DNA of 60,412 bases, the filler included, from Fonticula-like sp. SCN 57-25 (taxonomy: Eukaryota): assembly GCA_001724245.1 (NCBI GenBank). It is 8 parts of 8 records of this genome, joined end to end, with 100 filler letters (N's around TTAATTAATTAA, not from the genome) between each part and the next. Parts side by side here need not be neighbours in the genome. Positions count along the whole stretch, not along the records: positions 37,496 to 44,874 come from MEDX01000371.1; positions 44,975 to 52,959 come from MEDX01000372.1; 6 more parts are not named here. One strand, 5' to 3'. The notes beneath the pieces are model-generated. The model saw only the letters and a program-made list of their open reading frames with translations, was not told the origin of the DNA and searched no databases. Positions 40,940 to 52,036 of the stretch are shown piece by piece (within the stretch, counting starts at the first letter, position 1; every line of letters starts with the position of its first letter). The translations under genes and the position numbers were made by a program.

Positions 40940-43900
40940 ATGAGCAGCAGCAGCTCTGACATGGAGCTGGGGGAGACGCCGTCGGACGTGCAGCTGCTTG
41001 AGGTCACGTCGGACGCGTCGGTCGAGCCGATCGCGTCGGGCGATGGCAAGGATGACAAGCGCAAGCAGATGAAGAAGAAGAGCACCTTTAAGGAGCTGAA
41101 GGACATTAACGGCGACAAGCAAAAGTTTGAGGGCCAGGTGTCGTACTTTACCCTCTACCGCTACGCCGACAAGTATGACTACATCATGCTCGTCGCGGCC
41201 CTCATCGGCGCCGTCGCGCACGGTGTCTCCCAGCCTCTCATGTCCATCATTTTCGGTAGCGTCATCAACTCGTTTGACCCGACCGCCGTGGTCAACATTG
41301 CCGACGTTGTCTCTGGCAACGCCAAGTGGTTTGTCATCCTCGGCGCGGCCACCGCCGTCGTCTCGTACTTTCAGCAGATGGGCTTTTTGCTCTCGTCCCA
41401 CCGCCAGGTCAACGTGATCCGCAAGAGTTACTTCCGCGCGCTTACCCGCCAGAACATGGGCTGGTATGACAAGCAGGAGGTCGGCGCGCTCACCTCGCGC
41501 ATTGGCAGGTGCGCATCTCTGCTTGTGCCTTTTACTTGTTTCGGTTAACTGACTTTTCTTTCCAGTGATATGATTCTCGTCAAGGAAGGCATGTCTGACA
41601 AGGTCGGCACGCTCGTGCAGATGGGCGCCATGTTTGTCGCCGGTTTCGCCGTTGCCTTTTCGTACAACTGGAAGATGACGCTCGTGATCCTCGCGACCGT
41701 CCCCCTCCTCATCATTGCCGGCGGTGCTGTCTCGTACATCATGACCGCCATGACCACCCAGTCGCTCTCTGCCTACGCCGCCGCCAACGCCGTCGCCGAA
41801 GAAGCCTTCAACGCGATGCGCACTGTCGTTGCCTTTGGCCTCGAGGACAAGACCAATGACCGCTTTGGCGTCTCGCTCGCCGCCGCCCTCGCCCACGGCG
41901 AGCGCAAGGGCGTCGTGACCGGCCTCGGCATGGCTGCCTTTTTCTTTATCATGTTCAACTCGTACGGCCTTGCCTTTTGGTACGGCTCGACCCTTATCAA
42001 CTCTGGCGAGCTGGACGTCGGCACGACCGTGACTGTCTTCTTTTCGGTGCTCATGGGCTCGATGGCCGTCGGCCAGGGCGCGCCCTACCTGCAGACCGTC
42101 TCGACGGCCCGCGGCGCCGCGCACGCCATCTTTTCGATCATTGACCGCGTGCCCGAGATTGACTCGAACGACGAGCGCGGCCGCAAGCTCGACACTGTCA
42201 AGGGCAACATTGAGTTCCGCGACGTCAAGTTTACGTACCCGTCGCGCCCCGAAATCCAGATTCTCAAGGGCCTCAACATTACGATCGAGGCCGGCCAGAC
42301 GGTCGCGCTCGTCGGCGCGTCGGGCTGCGGCAAGTCGACCAGCGTGGGTCTCATTGAGCGCTTTTACGACCCCGAGGCCGGCCAGGTGTTTGTCGACGGC
42401 GTCGACATTAAGGAGCTGTCGCTGCCGTGGTGGCGCTCGCAGGTCGGCCTTGTGCAGCAGGAACCCATTTTGTTTGCCCGCTCGATCCGCGAAAACATCC
42501 GCTACGGCAACCTGAACGTGACCGACGCCGAGATTGAAGAGGCCGCGCGCCGCTCCAACGTGCACGACTTTATCATGAAGCTGCCTCACCAGTACGAGAC
42601 GCTCGTCGGCGAGCGCGGCGGCCAGCTGTCGGGTGGTCAGAAGCAGCGTATCGCCATTGCGCGCGCGCTCGTCCGCAACCCCAAGGTGCTCCTGCTTGAC
42701 GAAGCAACTTCGGCGCTCGACAACAAGTCTGAGAAGATTGTCCAGGACGCCCTTGACAAGGCGTCTGTCGGCCGCACGACCATTATCATTGCTCACCGCC
42801 TCTCGACCATTCGCCAGGCGTCGCAGATTTTCGTGTTTGACAAGGGCGTTGTGATTGAAAAGGGCACGCACACTGAGCTCATGGAGCTCGGCGGCTACTA
42901 CAAGGACCTTGTTACTCGCCAGCAGGTTTCTGACCAGACTGAGAAGGAGAAGGCTGCCGCCGCTGCTGCTGCCGAGGGCGGCAAGAAGAAGAAGGTCAAG
43001 AAGGTCAAGAAGGAGGGCAGCAAGAAGAGCCTCCGCAAGAAGAAGTCGACCAGCACCCTCATGGAGTCGAGCAGCGCTCTGCTTGACTCGCCCTCTGCCT
43101 CTGCCGCTGCCTCGCCCGACCTTGCCGCGCTCGAGTCGTCCCCGTCCGACTCGCCCGATCTTGATGACAATGCCGACCCCGACGAGCTTGTTGATGAGCT
43201 TGATGATGCCAAGGTTGATGGCGACGACAAGAAGGACGGCAAGGCCGCCGACAAGGCCAAGGAAGGCTCCATGACTGACCGCGAGATTCTCAAGCGCACG
43301 CTGCTGATGAGCAAGCCCGAGTGGTGGCTCATGGGCTTTGGCCTGTTTGCCTCGCTCGGCGCCGGCGTTGTCTTCCCGCTCTACTCGATCATCTTTTCTG
43401 ACATGCTTCAGGACCTCATGATGAAGCGCGGCGACGCTCTTTCCGAGGCCGCCACCTTCTGGGCGCTCATGTTTTTCGCGCTCGCCTGCGGCACTGCCAT
43501 CTTCAACTACCTTGTGGCCACCCTGTTTGCCCTTGCTGGCGAGCGCCTGACGTCGCGCCTGCGCGCGCTCTTGTTCCGCGCGCAGCTCCGCCAGGACATT
43601 GGCTGGTTTGACCTTCCCAAGAACGCGCCCGGCCTGCTCAGCTCGCGCCTCTCTACCGACGCGACGCTCGTGCAGAGCATTACCGCGACGCGCATTTCGC
43701 TCACGACGCAGACTGTCGCTGCTCTCCTCTGCGGCCTCATCATTGCCCTCACCGCCTGCTGGCAGCTCGCCCTTGTCGTGCTCGCCTGCGTGCCGCTCGT
43801 CGCCGTCGGCGGCGCCATCCAGATGAAGGCCGCCGTCAGCTTCAACGACGAGTCCAAGCTCGCCTATGAGATTTCCAGCAACATTGCGAGCGAGTGCGTC

Positions 43901-44874
43901 GGCAACATCCGCACTGTGGTGTCTCTTGGCCGCCAGGGCGAGTTTTACGAGCAGTACCACAATGCCCTCAAGAAGCCCAACGTTGCCGCCAAGAAGAGCG
44001 CGCAGGTCGGCGGCATTGGCATGGCCTTTAGCGAGTTTATCGTCATGGCCGTCATGGCGCTCGCGTTCTGGTATGGCGGCCGCCTCTGCGACCCCATCCT
44101 GACCCCCGTCAACACGTACATGTTTGGCGACGTCATGATGGCAATCATGGCCGTCCTCTTTGGCGCCATGATGGCCGGCCAAATATCGACCATGGCGCCC
44201 GACTACACCAAGGCGCGCGACGCCGCCGAGGCCATCTACCAGACGCTCGACCGGATTCCGCCGATCGACTCTTCGAGCGCCGTCGGCGACCGCATCGAAA
44301 AGATGAGCGGCCAGGTGTCGCTGCGCAACCTCGAGTTCCAGTACCCTGCTCGCCCTACTATTCCGGTGCTTCGCGGCCTCTCTTTGGAAGTGTCGCCTGG
44401 CCAGACTGTCGCGCTTGTCGGCGCGTCCGGCTGCGGCAAGTCGACCATCATCCAGCTTCTCGAGCGCTTTTACGACCCCGCCGCCGGCCAGGTCCTTGTT
44501 GACGGCAAGGACGTCAAGTCGCTCGACCTTATCTGGTGGCGCGAGCAGGTCGGCCTTGTGCAGCAGGAGCCCATTTTGTTTGCGTGCTCGATTGCGGAAA
44601 ACATTCGGTATGGCAAGGACGGCGTCACGCAGGAGCAGATTGAAGAGGCCGCCAAGCTCGCCAATGCGCACAACTTTATCAGCGGCCTGCCCGACAAGTA
44701 TGAGACGACGGTCGGCGAGCGCGGCGCGCAGCTTTCCGGCGGCCAAAAGCAGCGCATCGCCATTGCGCGCGCGCTCGTCCGCAATCCCAAGATTCTTCTC
44801 CTTGACGAAGCAACGAGTGCACTTGATTCCGAGTCTGAGCATATTGTGCAGGAGGCGCTGGATAGGGCGAGGCT
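40940..44874 (+). CDS. ABCB1: Full-size ABCB (P-glycoprotein/MDR) transporter; one intron 41509-41565; 3'-truncated
   Basis: TMD-NBD-TMD-NBD layout, two GASGCGKST, two LSGGQKQRIAIARA, LLLDEATSALD. Confidence 0.96.
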
Positions 44875-44974
44875 NNNNNNNNNNNNNNNNNNNNNNNNNN
44901 NNNNNNNNNNNNNNNNNNTTAATTAATTAANNNNNNNNNNNNNNNNNNNNNNNNNNNNNNNNNNNNNNNNNNNN

Positions 44975-45705
44975 AGCACGACGCAGATGGACATTTCGCC
45001 GGGTGTGCTCGTGCCGTACTATGACGAGGATACCAAGGTCCTCTTCCTCTGGGGCCGTGTACGTGCAAATAAACGATTTTGTGTGGTGCATTTATGGGTC
45101 TTTATTGTGATTTTTGTGCAATTTGTGGCCTCTTTTATGCATTTTTTCATCGTTCTAATCCACTGCTCTAGGGCGATACTTCGACGTCGTTCTACGAGAT
45201 GACTGACGAAAAGCCCTTCTGCCACTACCTCACGCGCTTTGACGCCGGCGGCCTCCAGATCGGCCAGACCTTTATGCCCAAGCGCGTCGTCAACGTCCGC
45301 GACGTCGAAGTGGCGCGCGCCTACCGCCTCACGCAGGACCACATTGAAAAGCTGACGTTCAGCATCCCGCGCGCGCGCCCCGAGTTCTTCCAGGATGACG
45401 TGTACCCGCCGACGCGCGTGGCCGACGAGCCCGCCATCTCGGCCGCCGACTGGCTGGCCGGCGGCATGGCGCAGCTCAAGCTCCAGGACCTCTGCCCCGA
45501 CGACATGACGCGCCTCTCGCAGGCGCCGCCCGTCGAGGTCAAGGCGAAGAAATATGAGAGCCGCGAAAAGGGCGTCATGAGCGAGATTGAGGTCCGCGAG
45601 GCGGTCATGGATAATATGTTTTCCAGCATGCGCGACAAGAGCGATGCCGAGATCCTCCCGCAGGATCTCAAGGAGGGCGTGCCGGATTCGGACTGGGACG
45701 ACTAA
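44975..45705 (+). CDS. CORO7: Coronin-7 (POD-1) C-terminal part; 5'-truncated
   Basis: PYYDEDT, MPKR..V..VEV, FFQDDVYPPT, and acidic Trp tail LPQDLKEGVPDSDWDD typical of long coronins. Confidence 0.88.
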
Positions 45706-46032
45706 TTCTGCGCGAATAGCGAATCGTTTGCGCGAATACTTTGCGCGAATATTCTGTTCTTTTTCCCTTTGCAACATTCCCGCCTTTCATTCCTAGAATA
45801 CAATAAACATCATCTTTTTTACCCGCTTGCTTTGATCATCCTCGATCAGTTTGACCACGTGGCCGATATTGTGTCATCACTTCAGATTTGCTGAAACGAT
45901 GCAAGGAACGATGGCAGGGCCCGCGGCATGAAACCTGCGTGCTGTCTGGCGTGAGTATGACGTGTGTGCCGAGGGAATTCACCGAGCGAACTGCATGGTT
46001 GTGGGTACTTGATTTTGTCACCGTCTTTAGAG

Positions 46033-48261
46033 ATGGGCTCAGCATTCAAGGATGTGGCCGCCAAGGCCAAGGATCTTGTCGAGGGAGTTGCCGGGGTGTC
46101 GCTTGATGCCAAGCAGAAGCAGCTTGCGGAATCCACCATTGAGCCGACGTCTTCCGACTTTACTCGGACCAATTGGGGCGTTATCACCACCGACACCGAG
46201 TCGTCGCTCAAGGCGGGCGACCGCGGCCCGACGCTCCTGCAAGACTTTGAGCTCCGCGAAAAAGTGACGCACTTTGACCACGAGCGCATCCCCGAGCGCG
46301 TCGTGCACGCCCGCGGCGCCGGCGTCCACGGCTACTTTGAGCTCTACGAGTCGCAGTCGTCTCTGACGAGCGCGCGCATTCTCACCGACACGTCGCGCCG
46401 CACGCCCGTCTTTGTCCGGTTCAGCACCGTGCTCGGCTCGCGCGGCTCTTCCGACACTGTCCGCGACGTCCGCGGCTTTGCGACGCGCTTCTACACGCCC
46501 GAAGGCAACTGGGACCTTGTCGGCAACAACATTCCCGTCTTTTTCATCCAGGACGGCATCAAGTTCCCCGACGTGATCCACGCCGGCAAGCCCGAGCCCG
46601 ACGTCGAGATCCCGCAGGCGCAGTCGGCGCACGACAACTTTTGGGACTTTATCACGCTGACCCCCGAGACGACGCACATGGCGCTTTGGCTGCTCTCTGA
46701 CCGCGCCATCCCGCGCAGCTACCGCATGATGGAAGGCTTTGGCGTCAACACGTTCACGCTCATCAGCTCCGAGGGCCGCCGCTCCTTTGTAAAGTTCCAC
46801 TGGCGGCCCGTGCTCGGCGCGCACGGGCTCGCGTGGGACGAGGCGCAAAAGCTCGGCGGACAGGACCCGGACTTTCACCGGCGCGACCTGTACGACGCCA
46901 TCGCCAACGGCGCCTATCCAGAGTACGAGCTCGGCATCCAGGTCGTGCCAGAGGCGGACGAGCACAACTTTAGCTTTGACATTCTCGACGCGACAAAGCT
47001 CATTCCAGAGGAGCTCGTGCCGGTCCGCATTATTGGAAAGATGACGCTCAATAGGGCGCCGGACGAGTTCTTTCCGCAGGTGGAACAGATCGCGTTCTGT
47101 ATCCAAAATGTCGTGCCGGGTATCGGGTTCAGCGACGACCCGCTGCTGCAGTCGCGCAATTTCTCCTACCTCGACACTCAACTGCTCCGCCTCGGCCCCA
47201 ACTTTATGGGTGCGCATTATTTATTATTGATACACTTTTACTGACCTTTTTGCGCAGAATTGCCGATTAACAGGCCCGTTTGCCCCGTCATGAACCACAT
47301 GCGCGACGGCGCGATGCGCATGACCGTCACCAAAGGCCGCGTCAACTACGCCCCGAACCGCTTTGGCATTCTGCCGTCGGCCGACACGCGCACGCCCGAC
47401 GCCTACGCTCACCACCCCACGCCCGTCTCGGGCATCGAGACGCGCCGCCGCGGTCCAAAGTTTAGCGAGCACTATGCACAGGCGCGCCTCTTTTACAATT
47501 CGCTGTCGGCGGCGGAAAAGACCCACGTGGCTGCGGCGGCGTCTTTTGAAGCTGGTAAATGCCGCGATGAGGACGTGCGCCGCCGCGTCGTCAATATGCT
47601 TTTCAATGTCGACCGCGAGCTTGGCACCAACGTCGCTTCCGCCCTCGGCGTCGACGCAAGCGCTTTGACCGTTGTTGAGGGCCCGCCGACGCCCGCCGCA
47701 AAGGTGCCTTTGCCGCAGTCGTCGCCCGCGCTCAGCATGGACCCCGCCGTCAACAAGGGCTACAAGCCGACCGCCAAGTCGCGCCAGGTGGCCATTGTGC
47801 TCGCCGCTGGGTACGACGCCGGCCACGTGCGCGCGCTCAAGGCGGCGGTCGAGCTGGCTGGCGGCATCCCATTCATCGTCGCGCCCACATTCGGCGCGAC
47901 CGCGGCCGCCGACGGCACCGAAGAGGTGGCGGACTTTGCCTTGTTTGCCGCGCGGTCGACGCAGTTTGACGCGCTGGCGGTGGCGGGCGGCAGCGCGGCG
48001 GTCAAGACGTTGCTGGCGCTCGGCCAAGTGCGCGCGTGGCTCGCCGAAGTGTACAAGCATGGAAAGCCAATGTGCGTCATTGGCGAGGCTGTCGGGCTGC
48101 TCGAGGGTGTTTGTGTCAAGGGCGGTGCAGGGGTGGGTGTTGTGGCCATTGGCGGTGGGGGAGAAAAGGGGACGGTCGAGGAGGGCATTGGAGCGTTTGT
48201 CGAGGCGATGAAGAAGCACCGCTTCTGGGAGCGTGACATCACGGGTGTGCCTGCTTCATAA
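46033..48261 (+). CDS. Large-subunit (clade 2) heme catalase with C-terminal DJ-1/GATase-like domain, fungal L1/CAT-1-like; intron 47209-47257
   Basis: [57 protein letters not shown]. Confidence 0.95.
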
Positions 48262-48484
48262 ATAGGATTGTGCGGGTATAGGTAGGCCAGTATATGTTGT
48301 CACAAGGATAGAGACTATATCGATAGAGACTATATCTGTTGATTGACAACTGGATGTTTTGATATTATACCAATATCTTTTGATTAAAACCAATATAATC
48401 AGTCAATGCTCCCTTTGCGCCTTATGCTGCCACTCATTTCGATTCAGATCGAAACCAATCCAGATTCAGAATAGTAGTATCGAA

Positions 48485-48603
48485 ATGGTGACAGCAGGCC
48501 TGCTGATGGTGACGGGAATAATGGTGACGGGAATGGTGACCGGTTCCGCGCCATCTGCGAGTGGCGGAGATGGCGACTGGTTCCGCTCCATCTGCGGGTG
48601 GTG
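48485..48603 (+). repeat. ATGGTGAC repeats and a ~34-bp direct duplication of the start-codon region
   Basis: ATGGTGAC at 48485, 48506, 48521, 48533; 48533-48566 is nearly identical to 48570-48603. Confidence 0.8.
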
Positions 48604-49844
48604 ACTTGAATGGTTTAGCGCGGCACGGGGTCAAGGTTTTGGAAGAGTCAAAGCCTGTTATGAGATTTAGTAGGGGCAAACTTCTTTTTGCCGCGGTGCC
48701 AGTCATCGGGGGCTTGGGCCTCCTTGGTGCTCACTGGCTGTGGTACAGCGAGGAAGCGCGCATCAACAGAATCGTCGCGGCGTTTGAAAACGGAGGCGCG
48801 CGGCTTGAGGATTTACGGAGGGTGGACGACGAACTCGCGTCGGTCGAACGGGATGCGCTCGAGAAGAACCTCGCCGACTACATTGGTCACGGCCGTCTGT
48901 ACAAGGTCATCGTGGGTGCGTGTGGCAGTGGCACGTCCACAGCGGTGCGCCGGTCTCTCCGCGCCAACCGTCACGACGACGGCGGCCCTCGCGGCACTCT
49001 CTACTATTTGTGCGAGCCGCTGCCTGACTTTTCACGATCGTTCGCCGAAAATTGCGGCTACTCAAGGGCAGAGATCAGCCTTGGCGAAGCGATCATGGTC
49101 AAACTTGGCCTCGCATCCCCGCGCGCCAGCGATGACGACTTTTTGGACCATCGCAAATTCTGGCATATGCATCTTACCCATGCTTTATGTGAAGCTGCCA
49201 AAAAGTACAAGCAGCGGCACGGGTATGCCCCCATGCTGGTCATCGACGCGGCAGACAAAATTGCCAAGAACGACGAAAAGCTTTTCCTCGACCTACAAGA
49301 TCTTGCCAAGAGCGGCGCCGACGGAACTTGTCCCTTCCAGCTGTGCTTTGTAGCCAGTGCCGGCCCTGTTCTTCCTTTGCTGAACTCTACGTCTGCGAGG
49401 TCGCGCCAGTCATGTGTGTTTGAAGTTGACGACATTTCCGACGCCGAGGCGGTGCACTACCTGATGAACGCGTACAAGATACCGCAAGACACTGCGCAGG
49501 AGCTTGTTGAAACGGTCACTGGTGGCAGGTTTGCCTTGTTGAACCAGGCTGCGGACGCGATTATCCGAAACCGCACGGTCAAGTATATCCGCGATGTGCA
49601 TTACAAGACGACGGATGAGACAATTATTGACCTTGGCGTCCCGGTTAACAATGATCTGTTCAAGATCCTTGTCAAGAAGAAGTGCTACGATACAAACGAA
49701 GCTCGTAAGCTCAAGGGCATGGACGCCGAAATTCTCGATGAACTGGTCAAGAAAGGCATTATCGCGATTCATCCTAACTTGACGTATACATTTGAATCGC
49801 GTCATGTGGAGACGTTTTTTGCTAGCGAGCTTTCGTCTTTGTGA
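48570..49844 (+). CDS. Intronless membrane-anchored P-loop (AAA/ATPase_2-like) protein with degenerate Walker A
   Basis: TM LLFAAVPVIGGLGLLGAHWLW; YKVIVGACGSGTST; MLVIDAAD; LQDLAK..AD..FVASAG; FEVDDISDAEAVHYL; GGRF; TFESRHVE. Confidence 0.78.
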   Translation: MATGSAPSAGGDLNGLARHGVKVLEESKPVMRFSRGKLLFAAVPVIGGLGLLGAHWLWYSEEARINRIVAAFENGGARLEDLRRVDDELASVERDALEKNLADYIGHGRLYKVIVGACGSGTSTAVRRSLRANRHDDGGPRGTLYYLCEPLPDFSRSFAENCGYSRAEISLGEAIMVKLGLASPRASDDDFLDHRKFWHMHLTHALCEAAKKYKQRHGYAPMLVIDAADKIAKNDEKLFLDLQDLAKSGADGTCPFQLCFVASAGPVLPLLNSTSARSRQSCVFEVDDISDAEAVHYLMNAYKIPQDTAQELVETVTGGRFALLNQAADAIIRNRTVKYIRDVHYKTTDETIIDLGVPVNNDLFKILVKKKCYDTNEARKLKGMDAEILDELVKKGIIAIHPNLTYTFESRHVETFFASELSSL

Positions 49845-50164
49845 TTTGCGTTCTACGTATCTATCGCCTCTCTACTACCCTCTTTCCTCATTTTTACAGT
49901 CAACCATCTAGAGGGGATTACGTATACTGACAAAATAATATATTTCCGAACCTTTTTTTGCCTTTTTTTGCCCTTTTTTGCTCTATCCATATAAATATGC
50001 TGCCATGAACGGTGCTTGGGTCTAGTCGTCAATCATCCTAGTGAATAGCCAATCACGGGCGTCCATTTGACCTGTCAGCCAATAAGATGGCTCGGAACAC
50101 CTCCGCAAAGTTCACACTTGGTTCGTTCACACGCCTCGGCTGACAAAACAGGACCATCATCATC

Positions 50165-51619
50165 ATGGCGACGTTTAACATGGGCGAGGGCACGTATGCC
50201 GTGCCGATGTCTCTCCACGCCGAGAACCGCCGCAAGCTTGTGGCTCGCTTTGGCGGCTCCACTCGCGGAATGGCCGTGGTCGCCGGCGGCGTCCAGCTGA
50301 CCCGCAATGCGACGGATCACGAGCCGCTCTTCCGCCAGGAGAGCTTCTTCCACTACCTGTTTGGTGCGCGCGAGCCCGGATTTTACGGCGCCGTCGACCT
50401 TTCCACGGGCGAGAGCATCATGTTCATCCCGCGCATGGATGCGCAGTGGGCCGTGTGGATGGGCCGCATCGAGCCGCCGGAGACGTTCCGCGTCCACTAC
50501 GAGGTCGATGCCGTCTACTTTGTGGACGAGATCGCGACGGTCCTCAAGGCCCGCAACCTTCCTCTCTTCCTCCTCCGCGGCCCCAACTCTGACAGCGGCG
50601 AGGAGCACCAGCCTGCCCACTTTGCCGGCATCGAGACCTTTGAGTGCGACTACACCCGCCTCTACTGGGAGCTGTGCGAGTGCCGCGTGGTCAAGACCGC
50701 CGCCGAGCTCTCCCTGATGCGCCACGTGAACGCCGTCTCTAGCCGCGCCCACGTCGCCGTCATGCAGCACGCGCGCGCCGGCCTGAAGGAGTACCAGCTC
50801 GAGGCGACCTTTTTGCATCACTGCTACTACCATGGCGGTTGCCGCTTTGCCTCGTACGCGTGCATCTGCGGCGTCGGCGATCACGCTGCCGTTCTTCACT
50901 ACGGCCACGGCGGCGCCCCGAATGACGGTCCGTTGCGCGACGGCGACATGGCGCTGCTCGACATGGGCGCCGAGTACCACTGCTACGCGTCCGACATCAC
51001 CTGCTCGTTCCCCGTGAACGGCAAGTTTACCGAGCGCCAGGCCGGCATCTACAGCATCGTGCTCGCGTCGATGCGCGCCGTGCTCGCCGCGATGCGCCCG
51101 GGCGTCTCCTGGGGCGACATGCACGGCATTTCGGTGCGCGTAATCGCCGAAGGCCTGATCGCGCTCGGCCTGATCAAGTGCGATCTCGACACGGCGCTCG
51201 AGGCGGGCCTCCCGGCGCTCTTCATGCCGCACGGCCTCGGTCACTTTATGGGCATTGACACGCACGACGTCGGCGGCTACCCGCCGGGGACGTCGCGCAT
51301 TGACCGCCCGGGCTTCCGCAAGCTGCGTACCACCCGCACGCTCCACGAGGGCATGGTGCTCACCGTCGAGCCGGGAATCTACTTTATCGAGTCGGTGCTC
51401 GCGCCCGCGCTCGATGACCCCAAGACGGCGCCGCTGCTCGACCGCGAGCGCGTCCAGTCGTACTATGGCTTTGGCGGCGTCAGGCTTGAGGATGACGTCA
51501 TTGTCACGGCGGACGGCGCCGAGAACATGACGGACGTGCCGCGCGATATCAAGGACGTCGAGGAGGTCATGGCGGGCAAGCAGTGGAAGTTTACTTCAAA
51601 GCTGCCCACGGACAAGTAG
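50165..51619 (+). CDS. PEPD: Xaa-Pro dipeptidase (prolidase), intronless
   Basis: FRQESFFHYLFG, LLDMGAEYHCYASDITCSFP, PHGLGHFMGIDTHDVGG, TVEPGIYF, GGVRLEDD. Confidence 0.96.
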   Translation: MATFNMGEGTYAVPMSLHAENRRKLVARFGGSTRGMAVVAGGVQLTRNATDHEPLFRQESFFHYLFGAREPGFYGAVDLSTGESIMFIPRMDAQWAVWMGRIEPPETFRVHYEVDAVYFVDEIATVLKARNLPLFLLRGPNSDSGEEHQPAHFAGIETFECDYTRLYWELCECRVVKTAAELSLMRHVNAVSSRAHVAVMQHARAGLKEYQLEATFLHHCYYHGGCRFASYACICGVGDHAAVLHYGHGGAPNDGPLRDGDMALLDMGAEYHCYASDITCSFPVNGKFTERQAGIYSIVLASMRAVLAAMRPGVSWGDMHGISVRVIAEGLIALGLIKCDLDTALEAGLPALFMPHGLGHFMGIDTHDVGGYPPGTSRIDRPGFRKLRTTRTLHEGMVLTVEPGIYFIESVLAPALDDPKTAPLLDRERVQSYYGFGGVRLEDDVIVTADGAENMTDVPRDIKDVEEVMAGKQWKFTSKLPTDK

Positions 51620-52036
51620 AGCGGAAGCGGCGTTAGAGTAGGAAGGACTAGAGCGAGATATATTCACTTTTAGGCATTTTATTTGCATTCTTCATTTGCA
51701 TCTTGCACGACGCGCCACGGCCGTCCCTATTCAGTTCAATACAAAGAGCCTATCTTTAATCAGTTCAAGTATATTATTAGCCAATGATTATGTTTTTACA
51801 TGTATAGAATTAAGAGGCACCACGGTACATTTACAAGTAAATTTGGCACTTCTAGGCCTCCTTTTACGATTTTATCTGGCTTTATGTCGTTCGGGCTTGG
51901 CTGTCGGCTCGGCCGACGGCTCGGCTGATCGCTGATCATAATCAGGCAGAATCAGACGAAATCAGATGAATTTGGCGTCACTTCAACGTTCCCACCGTCG
52001 TGCCACGTCCGCCCCCGCGCCATTGGATTTAGCCCG

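Noticed and set aside
40913-44842. 1309-aa antisense ORF, and similar long ones at 5767-7164, 27427-28995, 35462-37123, 38845-39993, 46039-47217, 50075-51346, 53373-55205
   Set aside because: Shadows of strongly GC3-biased sense genes; no recognisable domains.
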